From: Azolla caroliniana
Lineage: Eukaryota > Plantae > Polypodiophyta
Assembly: GCA_043228905.1 (NCBI GenBank)
Contig: JBHGNT010001362.1
Location: forward strand, 1-9,414
Direction: 5' to 3'
DNA: 9,414 bases
Part shown: one piece after another, positions 7,890 through 9,414 of the stretch
Layout: every line of letters starts with the position of its first letter
Position numbering within the stretch: the stretch's first letter is position 1
Made by a program: the position numbers and the translations under genes
Notes under the pieces: generated by a model
Databases searched by the model: none
The model's input: only the letters and a program-made list of their open reading frames with translations
What the model was told of the DNA's origin: nothing

Positions 7890-9413
7890 TCACCTTCCGT
7901 GCTCTTTCGCCGTAGAGCATATCATCATTCCCATACTCGTTGCTTGGCCCTCATGCGGCCGTATTGCACGTTTCGTATCCCGCTCCTTTTCGCGTACCCC
8001 TTTGGAAAGGTACCTTCCTTTCCCGACCTCCGTGTCGGGGCCCTTCGTGGCTCTCATCATCGCTTCATCTCGACCCGCGCCTTCTTTCGTCCCGCGCTTG
8101 CCTCTCGAAGGCTTGACCCGACTGTCGTCGTCGGTCGCTCGTTGTCGCCCGTTCGCCGTATGCATGCTCGTCTCTTGGCCCTCCACCGGCCGTATTGCAT
8201 GTGTCTCGTGTCGCGCTTCCACCGTAGACCCGTCCCCCGCATCGGTCTCCAACTCCTCGCCGCCACCCGCCATCTCCTCGGTCTTCCGTTGATCCGCAAC
8301 CGCCGAAGTGTTAAGCATAGGTGCGGAGGGTTCCTTCCGCTCTCGGTCTCCCACCGAGTCCTTGTCCTTGCGCCCGCTTGGCCCCCTTCTCGCGCTCACC
8401 GGCTCCCACCGTGTGTTGCGACTCGTACACCTCGGCCTCCAATCGTGCCGCGTCGCCTCCCGTTCGGGTCGGATTACCGACCGGCTCGCCTTTCGGTTGG
8501 GTCGGTTCCCGACTCGCTCCTCGATACCGCTCCGATCCTCTCCGTCGGACTCTCCGTATACGCCCATTCCGGGCCCCGTATCCCCTTCTTCGCATGTGCT
8601 CTCTCCGGGCCACGCCTCCTCACGGCCACCGCCCTTCTCTACGGTCTTATGTTGGCTTCCGAGTGCAACCGCCGTAGTCTCCGGAGTGGGTATGGAGGGT
8701 CTCGTTTGTTTCCGTTTTTCCCCCGAACCATGGTCGTCGTGCCCGGTTAGCCTCCATCTCGCGCTTACCGGCTCCCATCGTAACCGTAACCGTAACCGTA
8801 ACCGGCCAATCGGTCTCGCTGGCTTCCTTCGGTTTGGGCCCGGTTCGCCGGCCCTTACTCTCTTCTTCTTCCGTGCCGTATTCCGGTCGGGTCGGTTCCC
8901 GACTCTCTCCTCGTTTTCGCTCCGGCCCTCTCCGTCGGACCCACCGTATACGCCCATTCCGGGCCCCGCATACTCGTCTTCGTATGCGCTCTCTCCGGGC
9001 CTCACCTCCTCACGGTCACCGCCCATCTCTCCGGTCTCACGTTGGCATTCGAGCACAACCGCCGAAGTCTCCGGCCCCGGTGTCAAGGGGTCTTGCCTCC
9101 GTCCGCTCCAATCTTCCTTCTCGTTTCCGTTGCCCGCCTTGCCGCCGTCACCTCCCGTCGCACTAAGCCTCATGCCGGCACTCGGGCCGGCCATTAGAGC
9201 CTCTAGGATTGGTGTGGGTAAGGACCCGGTACCGCTGCTTGTTGTCTCCGTAGCCGCTTTCGTTCGGACGTCGTTGTCCGCGGCTCCCCCATCTCCGATT
9301 CCGTAAGCCTCTAGTATGCTTGCCACCACCTCTTCCTCGCCATTCTCCGCGTCATTTTGTTTGCCCGCCTTGCCGCCGCCACCGCCCGTCGTTCTAGGTC
9401 TCGTGCCGGCACT
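7890..9413 (-). CDS. Uncharacterised G/E/R-rich, repeat-containing ORF in the 3' internal region of element B (5'-open, at least 507 aa)
   Basis: The frame is open from the window edge (SAGTRPRTTGGGGGKAGK...) to TGA 7892-7890, and continues in frame to TAG 7340-7338. No recognisable domain; coding status uncertain. Confidence 0.4.
   Translation of the reverse strand, partial: SAGTRPRTTGGGGGKAGKQNDAENGEEEVVASILEAYGIGDGGAADNDVRTKAATETTSSGTGSLPTPILEALMAGPSAGMRLSATGGDGGKAGNGNEKEDWSGRRQDPLTPGPETSAVVLECQRETGEMGGDREEVRPGESAYEDEYAGPGMGVYGGSDGEGRSENEERVGNRPDRNTARKKKRVRAGEPGPNRRKPARPIGRLRLRLRLRWEPVSARWRLTGHDDHGSGEKRKQTRPSIPTPETTAVALGSQHKTVEKGGGREEAWPGESTCEEGDTGPGMGVYGESDGEDRSGIEERVGNRPNRKASRSVIRPEREATRHDWRPRCTSRNTRWEPVSARRGPSGRKDKDSVGDRERKEPSAPMLNTSAVADQRKTEEMAGGGEELETDAGDGSTVEARHETHAIRPVEGQETSMHTANGRQRATDDDSRVKPSRGKRGTKEGAGRDEAMMRATKGPDTEVGKGRYLSKGVREKERDTKRAIRPHEGQATSMGMMICSTAKEHGR
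7936..8210. repeat. Short direct repeat pair, offset 231 bp
   Basis: CTTGGCCCTC..CGGCCGTATTGCA at 7943 and 8174 (AIRPxEGQxTSM twice in the minus ORF). Confidence 0.8.
8250..9075. repeat. Degenerate tandem repeat, period 369-390 bp
   Basis: CAACCGCCG(A/T)AGT at 8297, 8666 and 9056. Segments 8491-8680 and 8881-9070 align gap-free with 28 mismatches in 190 nt (hand count). Confidence 0.88.
8779..8804. repeat. (CGTAAC)4 hexamer tandem repeat
   Basis: Four perfect copies plus CG; reads RLRLRLRLR in the minus ORF. Confidence 0.9.
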
Positions 9414-9414
9414 C
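9130..9414. repeat. Direct repeat pair, offset 231 bp, running off the window end
   Basis: 9130-9183 TTGCCCGCCTTGCCGCCG...TGCCGGCACTC recurs at 9361-9414. Confidence 0.85.

Larger units (their letters stand above)
6641..9414 (-). mobile_element. Second, related LTR retrotransposon (element B), 3' portion, apparently nested in A's 5' LTR
   Basis: New TGTCGCGTTGTTACGCG terminus at 6641, CTTCACGACA terminus at 7326, then PPT and flank homologous to A 606-645. Membership of the distal internal sequence is inferred from continuity. Confidence 0.82.

Noticed and set aside
7890-9413. env-like gene in element B
   Set aside because: No hydrophobic transmembrane or signal segment in the visible part; the sequence is highly charged and low in complexity.
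8250-9414. CRISPR-like array
   Set aside because: Repeats are long, degenerate and irregular, with no identical short repeats and unique spacers; the context is a eukaryotic retrotransposon.

Overview
Eukaryotic repeat DNA, most likely from a land plant. The window holds two related Ty3/Gypsy LTR retrotransposons, both on the minus strand. Element A (1-6640) is nearly complete but decayed. Reading up the coordinates it has a 3' LTR (1-605, first ~20 nt outside the window), a polypurine tract (PPT), pol (integrase without chromodomain, RNase H, RT with FLDD), gag-protease (CCHC knuckle, DHGSE protease), a tRNA-Trp primer binding site (PBS) and a 5' LTR cut off at 6640. At 6641 the intact 686-bp 3' LTR of a sister family (element B) begins, apparently nested inside A's 5' LTR. 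B continues with its PPT and more than 2 kb of internal sequence that is not pol: a long, repeat-built, low-complexity ORF open to the window edge. The most notable signals are (i) a secondary structure enclosing the PPT/U3 junction, conserved between A and B through compensatory changes; (ii) a candidate -1 frameshift cassette (G GAU UUU UAG plus pseudoknot) placed after the protease; (iii) B's orphan 3' ORF; and (iv) the nested insertion, with a testable target-site duplication. All alignments and counts were done by eye. No host gene, RNA gene or CRISPR array was seen.
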